Source: Aureliella sp.
GTDB taxonomy: Bacteria; Planctomycetota; Planctomycetia; Pirellulales; Pirellulaceae
Reading direction: 5' to 3'
Length of the DNA: 64,000 nt
NCBI GenBank assembly: GCA_963691875.1
Contig: OY829846.1
Location: 1,056,001 to 1,120,000 of the forward strand
Shown here: one piece after another, positions 1 through 8,831 of the stretch
Numbering within the stretch: position 1 is the first letter of the stretch
How the letters are laid out: every line of letters begins with the position of its first letter
Position numbers and translations under genes: made by a program
The notes under the pieces: model-generated
Databases searched by the model: none
The model's input: the letters and a program-made list of their open reading frames with translations, nothing else
Told to the model about the DNA's origin: nothing

Positions 1-1125
1 ATTGACTACATTGGTTCTTGGGGGCCAATGATCGTTGGCCACGCACATCCTAAAGTGATCGAAGCGATTGAAGCTGCAGTCAAGAAGGGTACGAGTTACG
101 GTGCTCCTACGGGCGCCGAGTCGGAACTTGCTGAGTTGATCGTCGATTCCGTTCCTAGCGTCGAGAAGCTGCGTTTGGTCAACAGTGGTACCGAAGCAAC
201 GATGAGTGCGATTCGTCTTGCACGGGGCGCGACCGGACGCAACAAGGTGATCAAGTTCTCTGGCAATTACCACGGCCATGTAGATAGCTTGTTGGTCGCA
301 GCAGGAAGTTCCGCAGCCAACCTTGGTGTACCAGATTCTCCTGGCGTGACACCGGGAACGAGTCAAGACACGATCATCCTGGAACACAACGATCTAGCTG
401 CTATCCAGCAAGCATTCAGGGATCACGGCGATGATCTGGCCTGTGTGATCTTAGAGCCAATCGTAGGCAACATGGGCTGTGTTCCGCCGAAACCTGGATT
501 CTTGGAAGGCGTGCGTGACCTGTGTACCAAGCACGGGGCTGTGCTGATCTTCGATGAAGTGATGTCCGGCTTTCGCGTTGCACTCGGCGGCGCTCAGGAA
601 GTTTACGGCGTTACGCCTGACCTCACGACGATGGGCAAAATCGTCGGCGGCGGGTTGCCACTCGGAGTCTACGGTGGCAAAGAAGAATTGATGGACCAAG
701 TGCTTCCAGCTGGAAAAGTGTTTCAAGCCGGGACACTAAGCGGCAATCCACTGGCAACGGCAGCCGGAATGGCAACACTTAAATTGCTTCGCGACGAGTC
801 GCCATATGCTTACCTCGAAGAGCAAGGAGCGAGGCTGGCAGAAGGTCTCACCCAAGCCGCCTCGGCAGCGGGAATCCCGCATCAACTCCAGCGCGTCGGC
901 AGCATGATGACGTTGTTCTTTAACGCCGAGCCTATTCACAGCTGGGAGCAGGCTTCCAAGTGCGACAAAGAACTATTTGGTCGTTACTTCTGGGGCCTAG
1001 TGCATCGAGAAGTGTACATGCCTTGCAGCCAGTATGAAGCTTTGTTCTTCTCATCCACTCACACGCCCGAGTTGATTGACAAGACGATCGCGGCCGCTGA
1101 GGAAGTGCTGAAAGAAATCGCTTAG
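1..1125 (+). CDS. hemL: Glutamate-1-semialdehyde 2,1-aminomutase (5' end outside window)
   Basis: Frame is open from base 1 (IDYIGSWGPMIVGHAHP). Motifs NSGTEATMSAIRLARG, FDEVMSGFR, PLP-lysine TMGKIVGGGLP and QAGTLSGNP. Confidence 0.96.
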   Translation: MDYIGSWGPMIVGHAHPKVIEAIEAAVKKGTSYGAPTGAESELAELIVDSVPSVEKLRLVNSGTEATMSAIRLARGATGRNKVIKFSGNYHGHVDSLLVAAGSSAANLGVPDSPGVTPGTSQDTIILEHNDLAAIQQAFRDHGDDLACVILEPIVGNMGCVPPKPGFLEGVRDLCTKHGAVLIFDEVMSGFRVALGGAQEVYGVTPDLTTMGKIVGGGLPLGVYGGKEELMDQVLPAGKVFQAGTLSGNPLATAAGMATLKLLRDESPYAYLEEQGARLAEGLTQAASAAGIPHQLQRVGSMMTLFFNAEPIHSWEQASKCDKELFGRYFWGLVHREVYMPCSQYEALFFSSTHTPELIDKTIAAAEEVLKEIA

Positions 1126-1269
1126 CTCATCTGTAGTGAGTTTCGCCAGAATCCCGTTCCTCACGCTCAACGTACCTGAGGAATCTAGCGATTTTGTTTT
1201 GAAGGATTTCTGGTGAATCCCATTACATTCTGAAATACGAAAGAAATCTGAACTGGAGAATGACAGCCG

Positions 1270-2253
1270 ATGGATAGTTGCCAATCTATAACGGTAGGCC
1301 AGGCGCAAATGCCCAGCGTCGGACTTGGTCTTTGGAAAATCGAAAATTCCCAAACTGCCGAAATCGTCTACGAAGCGATCAAGCAAGGCTACCGGCACCT
1401 GGATTCAGCTTGTGACTACGGCAACGAGAGAGAAGCGGGTGAAGGCATTGAACGAGCGATCGCGAACGGACTCTGCACGCGCGAAGAGTTGTGGATCACC
1501 AGTAAACTGTGGAACACTTTTCATCGCGCTGAGCATGTTCCAACTGCGATAGACAAAACGCTCGCCGACCTTGGTCTCGACTATCTGGACCTCTATCTGG
1601 TGCACTTTCCGATCGCGCTGAAACATGTGCCGATTGAGGAGCGTTATCCTCCGGGATGGTTCTTCGATCCGGATGCGGAGAGTCCCTGCCTAGAGGCAGA
1701 TATCGTTCCCATAGCCGAAACCTGGCAAGCGATGGAGGCTTTGCATGCGGAAGGCAAGGCGAAGCATATCGGAGTATGCAACTTTGGCACTTCCTTGTTG
1801 CGCGACCTTCTGAGCTATGCGAAAGTCCCGCCAAATGTGCTCCAAGTCGAATCCCATCCGCAGTTGAAGCAAGCTAAACTGCTGCGATTCTGCCAAGAAC
1901 ACAACATTGCTTACACGGCTTTTTCTCCGCTCGGCTCGAATTCTTATGTCGAACTCGGAATGGCCGCCGAAGGGGACTCGCTGCTCGGCAATCAGAAGGT
2001 CAGTGAAATCGCATCCAAGCACGGACGCACGTCCGCCCAGGTTCTATTACGATGGGGCGTCCAGCGGGGGACTGCTATCATTCCGAAGACCAGCCGCAAA
2101 GAAAGATTGGCTGAGAACTTGTCTGTGTTTGACTTTGAACTATCAGAAGAAGAAATGAGTGCCATTTCCGACATGGACGCTGGCCGACGCTTCAATGATC
2201 CGGGTGTGTTCTGCGAACAGGCCTTTGGAACCTTCTTCCCAATCTACGAATAG
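1270..2253 (+). CDS. Aldo/keto reductase, xylose-reductase-like
   Basis: GLGLWK, YRHLDSACDYGNE, TSKLWN, LDLYLVHFP and IPKT motifs of the AKR superfamily. Confidence 0.92.
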   Translation: MDSCQSITVGQAQMPSVGLGLWKIENSQTAEIVYEAIKQGYRHLDSACDYGNEREAGEGIERAIANGLCTREELWITSKLWNTFHRAEHVPTAIDKTLADLGLDYLDLYLVHFPIALKHVPIEERYPPGWFFDPDAESPCLEADIVPIAETWQAMEALHAEGKAKHIGVCNFGTSLLRDLLSYAKVPPNVLQVESHPQLKQAKLLRFCQEHNIAYTAFSPLGSNSYVELGMAAEGDSLLGNQKVSEIASKHGRTSAQVLLRWGVQRGTAIIPKTSRKERLAENLSVFDFELSEEEMSAISDMDAGRRFNDPGVFCEQAFGTFFPIYE

Positions 2254-2296
2254 ACTTCCTTGATCAGTTTGCCCTCAACTTTCACAGGTCCCAGCA

Positions 2297-3082
2297 GTGC
2301 AATCCACTTTAGAAGCAGCAGTCGAGGCAGCGAAACTCGGCGGAAAGATTCTGCGTGAGCAGCTTGGCAAAGCCGCCGTCAGAGAAAAAGGCCCAGCCGA
2401 TCTTGTGACCGACGCCGACTTCGCTTCACAGGCTGCGATCGAACAACTGCTAACTTCTCGATTTCCTCAGCACGTTTTCTTGGGTGAAGAATCGCCTGAA
2501 AGCGACCGGGAAGCTGCTAAAGCTTCTGGCAAGCCTATGTGGGTCGTAGATCCATTGGACGGAACTGCGAACTTTGCTCACGGACTCCCCGGTTTTTCTG
2601 TCTCGATTGCATTGCTTGAAAACAACGAGCCCACGGTGGGCGTCGTCTACGACCCACTTGCCGATGCTTTGTACTGTGCAACGGCCGATGGACAAGTTAC
2701 GAAGAACGGCAAATCGATCGTATGCAGTGGCTGCGAGGATATCTCCAAGGCAATGGTCTGCTGCAGTTTTCGCCCCAAGGTGACGAGAAACCATCCTGAG
2801 GTGGACCAGTTTCTATGTGTTCTCGAAGCAACTCAGTCTTTGCGACGTTTGGGATCCGCTGCTATGAACATGTGCTACGTCGCAGAGGGCTGCCTCGACG
2901 CTTATTGGGCAAGCGTCATCAAGACGTGGGACGTGGCGGCCGGCGCTTTGATTGCTCGCAACGCCGGTGCAGTATTGACCCAAGTTGATGGTAAGCCATT
3001 CGACCTGTGGTATCCCAGGTTCTTGGTCTCCGGGAGTGAAGTACTCCACCAGAGAATGCTGGAGTGTTTGAAAACTCGCTAG
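2297..3082 (+). CDS. suhB: Inositol monophosphatase family protein
   Basis: DLVTDAD, GEE, WVVDPLDGTANFAHG, RRLGSAA and WDVAAG motifs. Confidence 0.9.
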   Translation: MQSTLEAAVEAAKLGGKILREQLGKAAVREKGPADLVTDADFASQAAIEQLLTSRFPQHVFLGEESPESDREAAKASGKPMWVVDPLDGTANFAHGLPGFSVSIALLENNEPTVGVVYDPLADALYCATADGQVTKNGKSIVCSGCEDISKAMVCCSFRPKVTRNHPEVDQFLCVLEATQSLRRLGSAAMNMCYVAEGCLDAYWASVIKTWDVAAGALIARNAGAVLTQVDGKPFDLWYPRFLVSGSEVLHQRMLECLKTR

Positions 3083-3319
3083 CAGCATGTCAGTTTAGGT
3101 TTGGGATAAGCATCCTGCTTGTCATCCTCGCGTTTGGCAGATCAGCCCGATAGATTTGGGAGCATTATCGGAGGGTCAAGAAGCAAGAAGCTTATCCCAC
3201 GTTGAGTTATGGTGAAGCTGGGAAACTTACTGGAAGAAGCTCAGCCATTTCTCCACCTTTCCCAGCACTTTTCCGGCAGAATCTGCTGGACATTCCAAGC
3301 CATTCAAAGTTACAGGGCT

Positions 3320-3347
3320 TTGACAGTGGTTGGCGAGAGTTTAGAAT
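3320..3347 (+). promoter_or_regulatory. Sigma70-type promoter (TTGACA-N16-TAGAAT)
   Basis: Perfect -35 TTGACA at 3320-3325 and -10 TAGAAT at 3342-3347, upstream of a structured segment and tatA. Confidence 0.7.
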
Positions 3348-3367
3348 GTCTCGTACATAAACGCCTT

Positions 3368-3501
3368 AACGTGGTCCCGGCAGTACGCTCGTGGTGAGCG
3401 TGACTGACCCGCTTTCGCTACGCAGGGCACGCGATAAATTGCTTTAACTGTAGGTTCGCAAGTGAACCTAACCTGTCTCGATACCCTTCGGGACCATCGT
3501 T
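3368..3501 (+). ncRNA. Candidate structured RNA (small RNA or tatA leader), family unassigned
   Basis: Closing stem AACGTGGTCCCG / CGGGACCA(T)CGTT encloses hairpins CAGT-ACGCTC/GAGCGT-G-ACTG, GCGA-TAAA-TTGC and TAGGTTC/GAACCTA. Begins about 20 nt after the -10 box. Confidence 0.45.
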
Positions 3502-3556
3502 GAATCATTCGACGATCCTCAGAGCTTTCTTTTTCGCGCAAACCGTCCGCAACAGG

Positions 3557-3763
3557 ATGATGATTGGAATGTTTGGCTTTAGCACTCACGAATTGCTTCT
3601 TTTCATGGTAGTAGTCATTGTCATTTTTGGCAGTGCTAGACTACCTAGCTTGATGCGAAACCTTGGCCGCAGTGCCAACGAGTTCAAGGCTGGAATGAAA
3701 GATCCAGTCAGTGTTGGTGGCGATGACGATGACGATGGGAATGACAAGAAATCTGACGCCTAG
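3557..3763 (+). CDS. tatA: Twin-arginine translocase TatA/TatE family subunit
   Basis: ELLLFMVVVIVIFGSARLPSLMRNLGRSANEFKAG: transmembrane helix, FG hinge and amphipathic helix. ATG at 3557 preferred over the ORF-track start. Confidence 0.9.
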   Translation: MMIGMFGFSTHELLLFMVVVIVIFGSARLPSLMRNLGRSANEFKAGMKDPVSVGGDDDDDGNDKKSDA

Positions 3764-3846
3764 ATCTTGAAAGATCAATAGTCTGACAGCATTGTCCAAT
3801 TCCAAACGCTGGATGAACCGGCAAGCATCATCATGAGGAATGCGCG

Positions 3847-4233
3847 ATGACATCGCTTTTCTTTGCGCAGCAAACTGTGCTTGCGCCGTTTGCTATACCA
3901 CTAACCGAGTTGTTTGCGACCGAACATTCGCCGACTTTCCTAATCGCTTTTCTAAGTGGCTTTGGGTACCAGGAGATGTTCCTGTTCGCAGTGATCGCGT
4001 TGCTTCTGTTTGGAAAGCGACTGCCTGAAGTTGCACGGAACTTTGGTCGTACGTACAAACAGCTGCGCGGAAAAGTTGACGAGTTCCAACGTGAGTTTCG
4101 CGACTGGGACAAGGAGGATACGCCAAGCTATCAGACGCCGCGTTTCTCGCCTGACAACGATGATGTGAACGAAGATCGCGTGGAGCCGAAGGCTCCCAAG
4201 TTTTTGCCTCCTCCGCCAGAAGACGACGGCTAG
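3847..4233 (+). CDS. Second TatA/TatB family subunit
   Basis: EMFLFAVIALLLFGKRLPEVARNFGR followed by an acidic, Pro-rich tail. Start codon uncertain. Confidence 0.85.
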   Translation: MTSLFFAQQTVLAPFAIPLTELFATEHSPTFLIAFLSGFGYQEMFLFAVIALLLFGKRLPEVARNFGRTYKQLRGKVDEFQREFRDWDKEDTPSYQTPRFSPDNDDVNEDRVEPKAPKFLPPPPEDDG

Positions 4234-4354
4234 TTTTCGAAAGCCGGACGAGGAGGTTTCTGCTTTCTCATGCCCAACCAATCGTTTAAGGCCCAGCGCC
4301 GGCTTGCTCGGGAAGAGCTCGTATCGAACAAGGAAAGTCGAATTTCGAAGTCTT

Positions 4355-4426
4355 CAATACAAGCAAGGCGCGCCAGCAAGTCAGCAAGTACAATACAAGC
4401 AAGTCGCGCCAGCAACTCAGCAAGTA
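4355..4426. repeat. Tandem 2 x 36-bp direct repeat (2 mismatches), related to a dispersed REP-like motif
   Basis: caatacaagcaaggcgcgccagcaagtcagcaagta (4355-4390) followed directly by caatacaagcaagtcgcgccagcaactcagcaagta (4391-4426). Confidence 0.9.
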
Positions 4427-4564
4427 GGGCGTGCGGATGACTGAGTACCCGCTGAAGCTACAAATGCCCTGAGTCTTAAAGGCTCCCATACTGCCGCGTA
4501 GAACTCAAGATGCGTATGGAGCAATCGAGAGAACCCCACTATTGTGACGATTTGCGTGAGAAGT

Positions 4565-5122
4565 CTACTGCTCGGATGCTCGCGGCAGCTTCCGTGGAAA
4601 CGGCAGCTCTCGGGCGGCTGGAAGAGGTTGGATGTTTTGTTGCAACCACTGCAGCCGCTCCGCTTCAGTCGCGTAGTAGGTCAGCCACGTCTCAGTGTCT
4701 GACTCGTCGAGGCAACGCCAGCAGAGATAGTTACCTGGCAAGTCAACTTTCTTTTCGCAGGCGGGTAAGATGTCGCGGTAAATCAGTGTGTAAAGCTCGC
4801 GGTCGGAAAGATGTTCCGTCATTTCAAGAACAACGCGTACCGAAAATAATCGATCGACTGTGTCCGCCAAGATGCCTTGTAGCAGATCATCATCCAATGA
4901 GTCGGGGCGTGGCAACACAAGCTCAGGAAGAGACCAGCAGCTGATCGGCAGCGCTGGAGCACGTTCCCAGGCCAACATGGATTCGAGAAAACAATTTTCC
5001 TCACGCAAGTTCATTTGACGGAAATGAACAAGCGAGACAGATTCGTCGATGTAGGGCTCAAGCTCGTCACGTAGGCGAGCGTTGTGCAAGAGCAATTCTA
5101 CTTCTTCTGCAGCTTTTGGCAT
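4565..5122 (-). CDS. Hypothetical protein (Planctomycete-type)
   Basis: 185-aa ORF with ATG start and protein-like composition (LRDELEPY, MLAWERAP, HLSDRELY, WLTYYAT). Confidence 0.75.
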   Translation of the reverse strand: MPKAAEEVELLLHNARLRDELEPYIDESVSLVHFRQMNLREENCFLESMLAWERAPALPISCWSLPELVLPRPDSLDDDLLQGILADTVDRLFSVRVVLEMTEHLSDRELYTLIYRDILPACEKKVDLPGNYLCWRCLDESDTETWLTYYATEAERLQWLQQNIQPLPAARELPFPRKLPRASEQ

Positions 5123-5591
5123 GATGCTTCAAAGGGATGGGAGTCGGTGAAGTCCGCGTTGCGGTGTAGGGCACACCCTGGCAAATACACCGACTCCTTG
5201 GTCCGTCAGCAGTTGGGGAGTGAAATCCGACTCAATCCCGTACAAAACAACTGCTGGGCGACACGATTGACTTTATATGTTCAGTGCCGAGACTCAATCT
5301 CTTCTTTAGTGAAAATGCTACGCGGCTGACAAACTGGCGGTACTGGTGGCGTCAGAAGCGGTACGACCCACAGTTTTTCGCATCAAACACAGCCAGAAAG
5401 TCGTGGCTCGCATGAGCGCCGATCTTGCTAACAAACCTCGCGCTATGTGCCAGCCCTCGCAAAGTCCTACTAATCGTCAACGGTAGCCATGCCATGCCGT
5501 GGTCTGCGGCAAGCGAAATACGGTAAACCGTTCGGGCATTCGCATCAGAACGGACTCACGCCCCTTGTGAAGCAACCGCAACTGGCTACCG

Positions 5592-6536
5592 TTGTTTATC
5601 AAACGACATCTTGGAAGCTTGGACCGCCATTCAATGCGCGATGAAATAGCAGCTGAATCCCACGAAACTGGGATACCGAATTATTACAACGACACTGTCA
5701 CCGACTACGATGCCTGGAGCAAAGAAGGCTATCTGCACTACGGCTATTGGCGACCGTGGCTCAACCCCTTCTTTCGGCGTCCCATGCTGGAGGAAATGAA
5801 CAAGCTCGTTTTCTCGAAACTCGGGTTAGAGGAGCTGGAGTCGGGCCAAGTGGCAGACCTTGGCTGCGGCGTTGGAGCCGTTTCACGTCATGGCAGCCGA
5901 CTCTTTCCCAATCTGCAATTCCACGCGATGACGCTCTCGGCAAGCCAAGTTGCTCGTGGAAAACAACTGCATCGATCCGAAAAGGTGGAGTACTACTGCG
6001 GCGACTACCACAACCTGCCTTTTGAAGATCAACAGCTAGACCGCGTTTTCTATCTGGAAAGCCTTTGCCACAGCACCCGACCAGAGGAAGCTTTGACGGA
6101 AGCGACACGGGTTCTGAAGCCAGGCGGTCGCATCATGCTGACCGATGGTTATCTGACAAAACCCCTTGAGAAGACATCGAAGCTGTTCCGGTTTATCGTC
6201 GAAGCCGTCGCTCATAATTGGGCGGTGCCGATGTTTCATGAGATCGAAAAAGGACGCAAGTGGAATGCTGCCGGGCAGTTAAAACTGGTAGAAGAATTTG
6301 AGTGCGGTTGGAGGTTGGGGCCCACTGCACTTCACGCATCTCATCTTTCCCTCATTCATTTTCTGAAGCTTGCGATTCGACGAAAAGTCACCAAGTGGCA
6401 ATGGAGGCATTTACGTGCATCGGCATTCACCATCTTGCTTGGCCTCTACCGTACCAACTTTCGCTACCACGTTATGGTGTTCGAGAAGCAATGCCCCGGC
6501 CATCGCCCCTCCAAGTCCGGAGCTCCCAGGAAATGA
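5592..6536 (+). CDS. Class I SAM-dependent methyltransferase (tocopherol/sterol-methyltransferase-like)
   Basis: LHYGYW, motif I VADLGCGVGA, LPFEDQQLD, ESLCH and RVLKPGGRI. Confidence 0.85.
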   Translation: MFIKRHLGSLDRHSMRDEIAAESHETGIPNYYNDTVTDYDAWSKEGYLHYGYWRPWLNPFFRRPMLEEMNKLVFSKLGLEELESGQVADLGCGVGAVSRHGSRLFPNLQFHAMTLSASQVARGKQLHRSEKVEYYCGDYHNLPFEDQQLDRVFYLESLCHSTRPEEALTEATRVLKPGGRIMLTDGYLTKPLEKTSKLFRFIVEAVAHNWAVPMFHEIEKGRKWNAAGQLKLVEEFECGWRLGPTALHASHLSLIHFLKLAIRRKVTKWQWRHLRASAFTILLGLYRTNFRYHVMVFEKQCPGHRPSKSGAPRK

Positions 6537-6910
6537 AGCACATGCTTTCCACCATTCACCAGATAGCTATTACGGTCAGCGAAGGCGACAAAGCTTTGAG
6601 GTTTTGTCAGGAAGTAATAGGATTCCCACTACATCTTCGAGCTTGCGAGAAATTCGCACTCTTAGATGCCGACGGATTTCGGCTAATCTGTTGACAACAC
6701 AAGGAGCCGACGCGGTGGGAGCAATTTCTGTTCTCTAGTTCCAAGTCAGCGACGTCGTTACATGCCATGACTCGCTATTCGCAAACAGCTTTGAGTCGGA
6801 ACACTCGCCGAGTTTGGCTGCGAAGACGCTCGCCTACGAGTTGCGGACAGGATTCTTGATGGATCGAAGGCAGTCCGGTTGGATTGATAGAAGAGAATCG
6901 CGAATCATAG
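6533..6910 (+). pseudogene. Degraded VOC/glyoxalase-family gene
   Basis: ATGA overlap with the upstream stop. Fragments IHQIAITVS..ALRF..VIGFP..DADGFRL / LTTQGADAVGAISVL*FQVSDV / SPSLAAK..ELRTGFLMD / EGSPVGLIEE are spread over two frameshifts and one in-frame stop. Confidence 0.7.
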
Positions 6911-6934
6911 TGAAACAAGCACCTCTTCGCGGGG

Positions 6935-7561
6935 TTATTTGTTACGGGACGCAAGCAGTTTTGCGACCGTTCCCCGGATGATGTCATGGATCGACTCGAT
7001 TGACGCCGTCGCATCAATCTGGGTTAAGTGATCTCCAAATTTTGGAGCTTCGGCGAGGTAGCCCTCTCGTACACGCGACATGTAATCCAAACCCCGACTC
7101 TCTAAGCGATCGCGTTCACCGCCCAATCTCTCGGCTGCGACTGCCGCCTCAATATCCAAAATAAAAGTATGATCGGGTTTTAGTCCGCCTGTTGCGACCT
7201 CGCCGACTTGCCATATCGCCTCAGGTGTAAGCCCACCTCCGTAGCCTTGATAAACGACATTTGCCAACAGGAACCGATCCGAGAGAACCGTTTTTCCAGC
7301 GGCAACGGCAGGCAGAATAATCTGTTCGACCAGCTGAGCTCGACTTGCCATATACATCAGCATTTCTGAGGTTGGGACAAGCGGAATCTCCTTGCGGTGC
7401 AACAGAATGTCCCGCAACGTTTCCCCGAGTTTTGTTCCACCGGGTTCTCGCACTCGAATGACCTCAGCCCCAGAATCTTCCAGCCAAGTTTGCAGCAGCT
7501 GCATTTGGGTAGACTTTCCACACCCGTCTATTCCATCAATGCTGAGAAAAATTCCGGCCAC
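6935..7561 (-). CDS. tmk: Thymidylate kinase
   Basis: P-loop DGIDGCGKST, REPGGT, SDRF and YQGYG. Confidence 0.95.
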   Translation of the reverse strand: MAGIFLSIDGIDGCGKSTQMQLLQTWLEDSGAEVIRVREPGGTKLGETLRDILLHRKEIPLVPTSEMLMYMASRAQLVEQIILPAVAAGKTVLSDRFLLANVVYQGYGGGLTPEAIWQVGEVATGGLKPDHTFILDIEAAVAAERLGGERDRLESRGLDYMSRVREGYLAEAPKFGDHLTQIDATASIESIHDIIRGTVAKLLASRNK

Positions 7562-7819
7562 AATATTCCTCTGAACTGCGATGATTTCAAAATCAACAAT
7601 TTGAAGGTCGACTCAAGCACAACTTCCCGTATGCCGCTAACGAGCTTCTTGCTTTTACGACAGAAGCGCAAAGCTCAAACTAGCTGTCGTGCTCGGATTG
7701 GCGCGATGGCAAGCCAGAACATTAACCCACGAATGCCGTACGCATAATTGAGCGGCGATCGGATTATCGCGAGAACACGCGAAGCCTTCAATGGGTTTGA
7801 CGCTTATGAAACCAAAGCT

Positions 7820-8827
7820 TCACGCCCGCAATCGAGCAATGCAATCGATCAATTCCTTTTCAGCCTCATCGTCGAGTGAGGCGACGCTTGTTGTAAAGCG
7901 AGGATTGCACTCGATCAACCACCAGCGATCCTCAGCATCGCGCAACCAGTCAAAGCCAATCCATCCGCAGGCTCCGGTTCCCAGAATGCGTTCAAGCTCC
8001 GCAGGCGTCAACTCCGGCGGAACCTCCTGACAAGGAACTACTTCGACGAATCTCAGACCACTCTGGTCCAACCTGGACATCCGTTCAATTCTCTGTCGCA
8101 TCGCTGCGAAGCGATGGAGTTTGCCAATGGGTTCGGCAAAGTAGCTTTGACTGAAACTCTGCCCAGAGATCAATGGCTGTACAATCCATTGCTCGGGCTC
8201 GCCAATCTCCGCTTGAAGCAAACATGGATTCTTAGTGATCACTAGTTGATGGCAATCGGCACCGCGGCGCGGTTTGATAATCCACTCTTCGTTGTTTCCT
8301 TGGCTGTTCGCCTCCAACCAAGCCTCATTCAGGGCGAGTAAGTTTGTGGTCGGTGGATGCATCAAGTCGCTTGTTCGTAGACTTTCCGCTGCCAGTAACT
8401 TGTCAGACGCTTTTTCCAGGAAATCACCTGAACAATTCAGCAGTGCGCAGCCCGCCGTTTCTAGTGTATCGACAACCCTTTCGAGGACGCCATCGATCTC
8501 AGGTGCGATCGCGATACTGAGATCACAGCGATTAGCGATCTGCCCCCACTTGTAAAGTGATTGCGAAACACTTTGAGAGTCGATGTGGGAAACAGCCACG
8601 TTACCAAGCTCAGTCAGGCGTTCCTGAAGCGAGCGTTCTACGAAGTCCAGTTTAGCAAGCTTCGTATCGAGCGCGAGTTCCACTACGTGCCCTGCGCGTG
8701 AAAGCAACTGCGTGACCGCTGCAAGCATTTGCCATCCCTCGTCGAACAGATCGGAAAGCTCACTCAGCCCTGCTTCAGCACTCTCGCAGCCACTTCCACA
8801 AATCCATTCCAATACTGCGATCCGCAT
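7820..8827 (-). CDS. ATP-grasp protein, MfnD (tyramine-glutamate ligase)-like
   Basis: N-terminal RIAVLEWICGSG..EGWQML, IAPEIDGVL, ASDKL, IIKPRRG and GWIGFD..IECNPRFTTS. Confidence 0.75.
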   Translation of the reverse strand: MRIAVLEWICGSGCESAEAGLSELSDLFDEGWQMLAAVTQLLSRAGHVVELALDTKLAKLDFVERSLQERLTELGNVAVSHIDSQSVSQSLYKWGQIANRCDLSIAIAPEIDGVLERVVDTLETAGCALLNCSGDFLEKASDKLLAAESLRTSDLMHPPTTNLLALNEAWLEANSQGNNEEWIIKPRRGADCHQLVITKNPCLLQAEIGEPEQWIVQPLISGQSFSQSYFAEPIGKLHRFAAMRQRIERMSRLDQSGLRFVEVVPCQEVPPELTPAELERILGTGACGWIGFDWLRDAEDRWWLIECNPRFTTSVASLDDEAEKELIDCIARLRA

Positions 8828-8831
8828 GCGG

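Noticed and set aside
3368..3501. tRNA (including tRNA-Sec) or SRP RNA
   Set aside because: Too long for a tRNA, no proper T-loop or anticodon arm, the CCA is paired within the closing stem, and the SRP GGAA-loop/AGCAG motif is absent.
4355..4426. 36-bp repeats as a CRISPR array
   Set aside because: Only two units, directly adjacent with no spacer, and no cas genes in the window.
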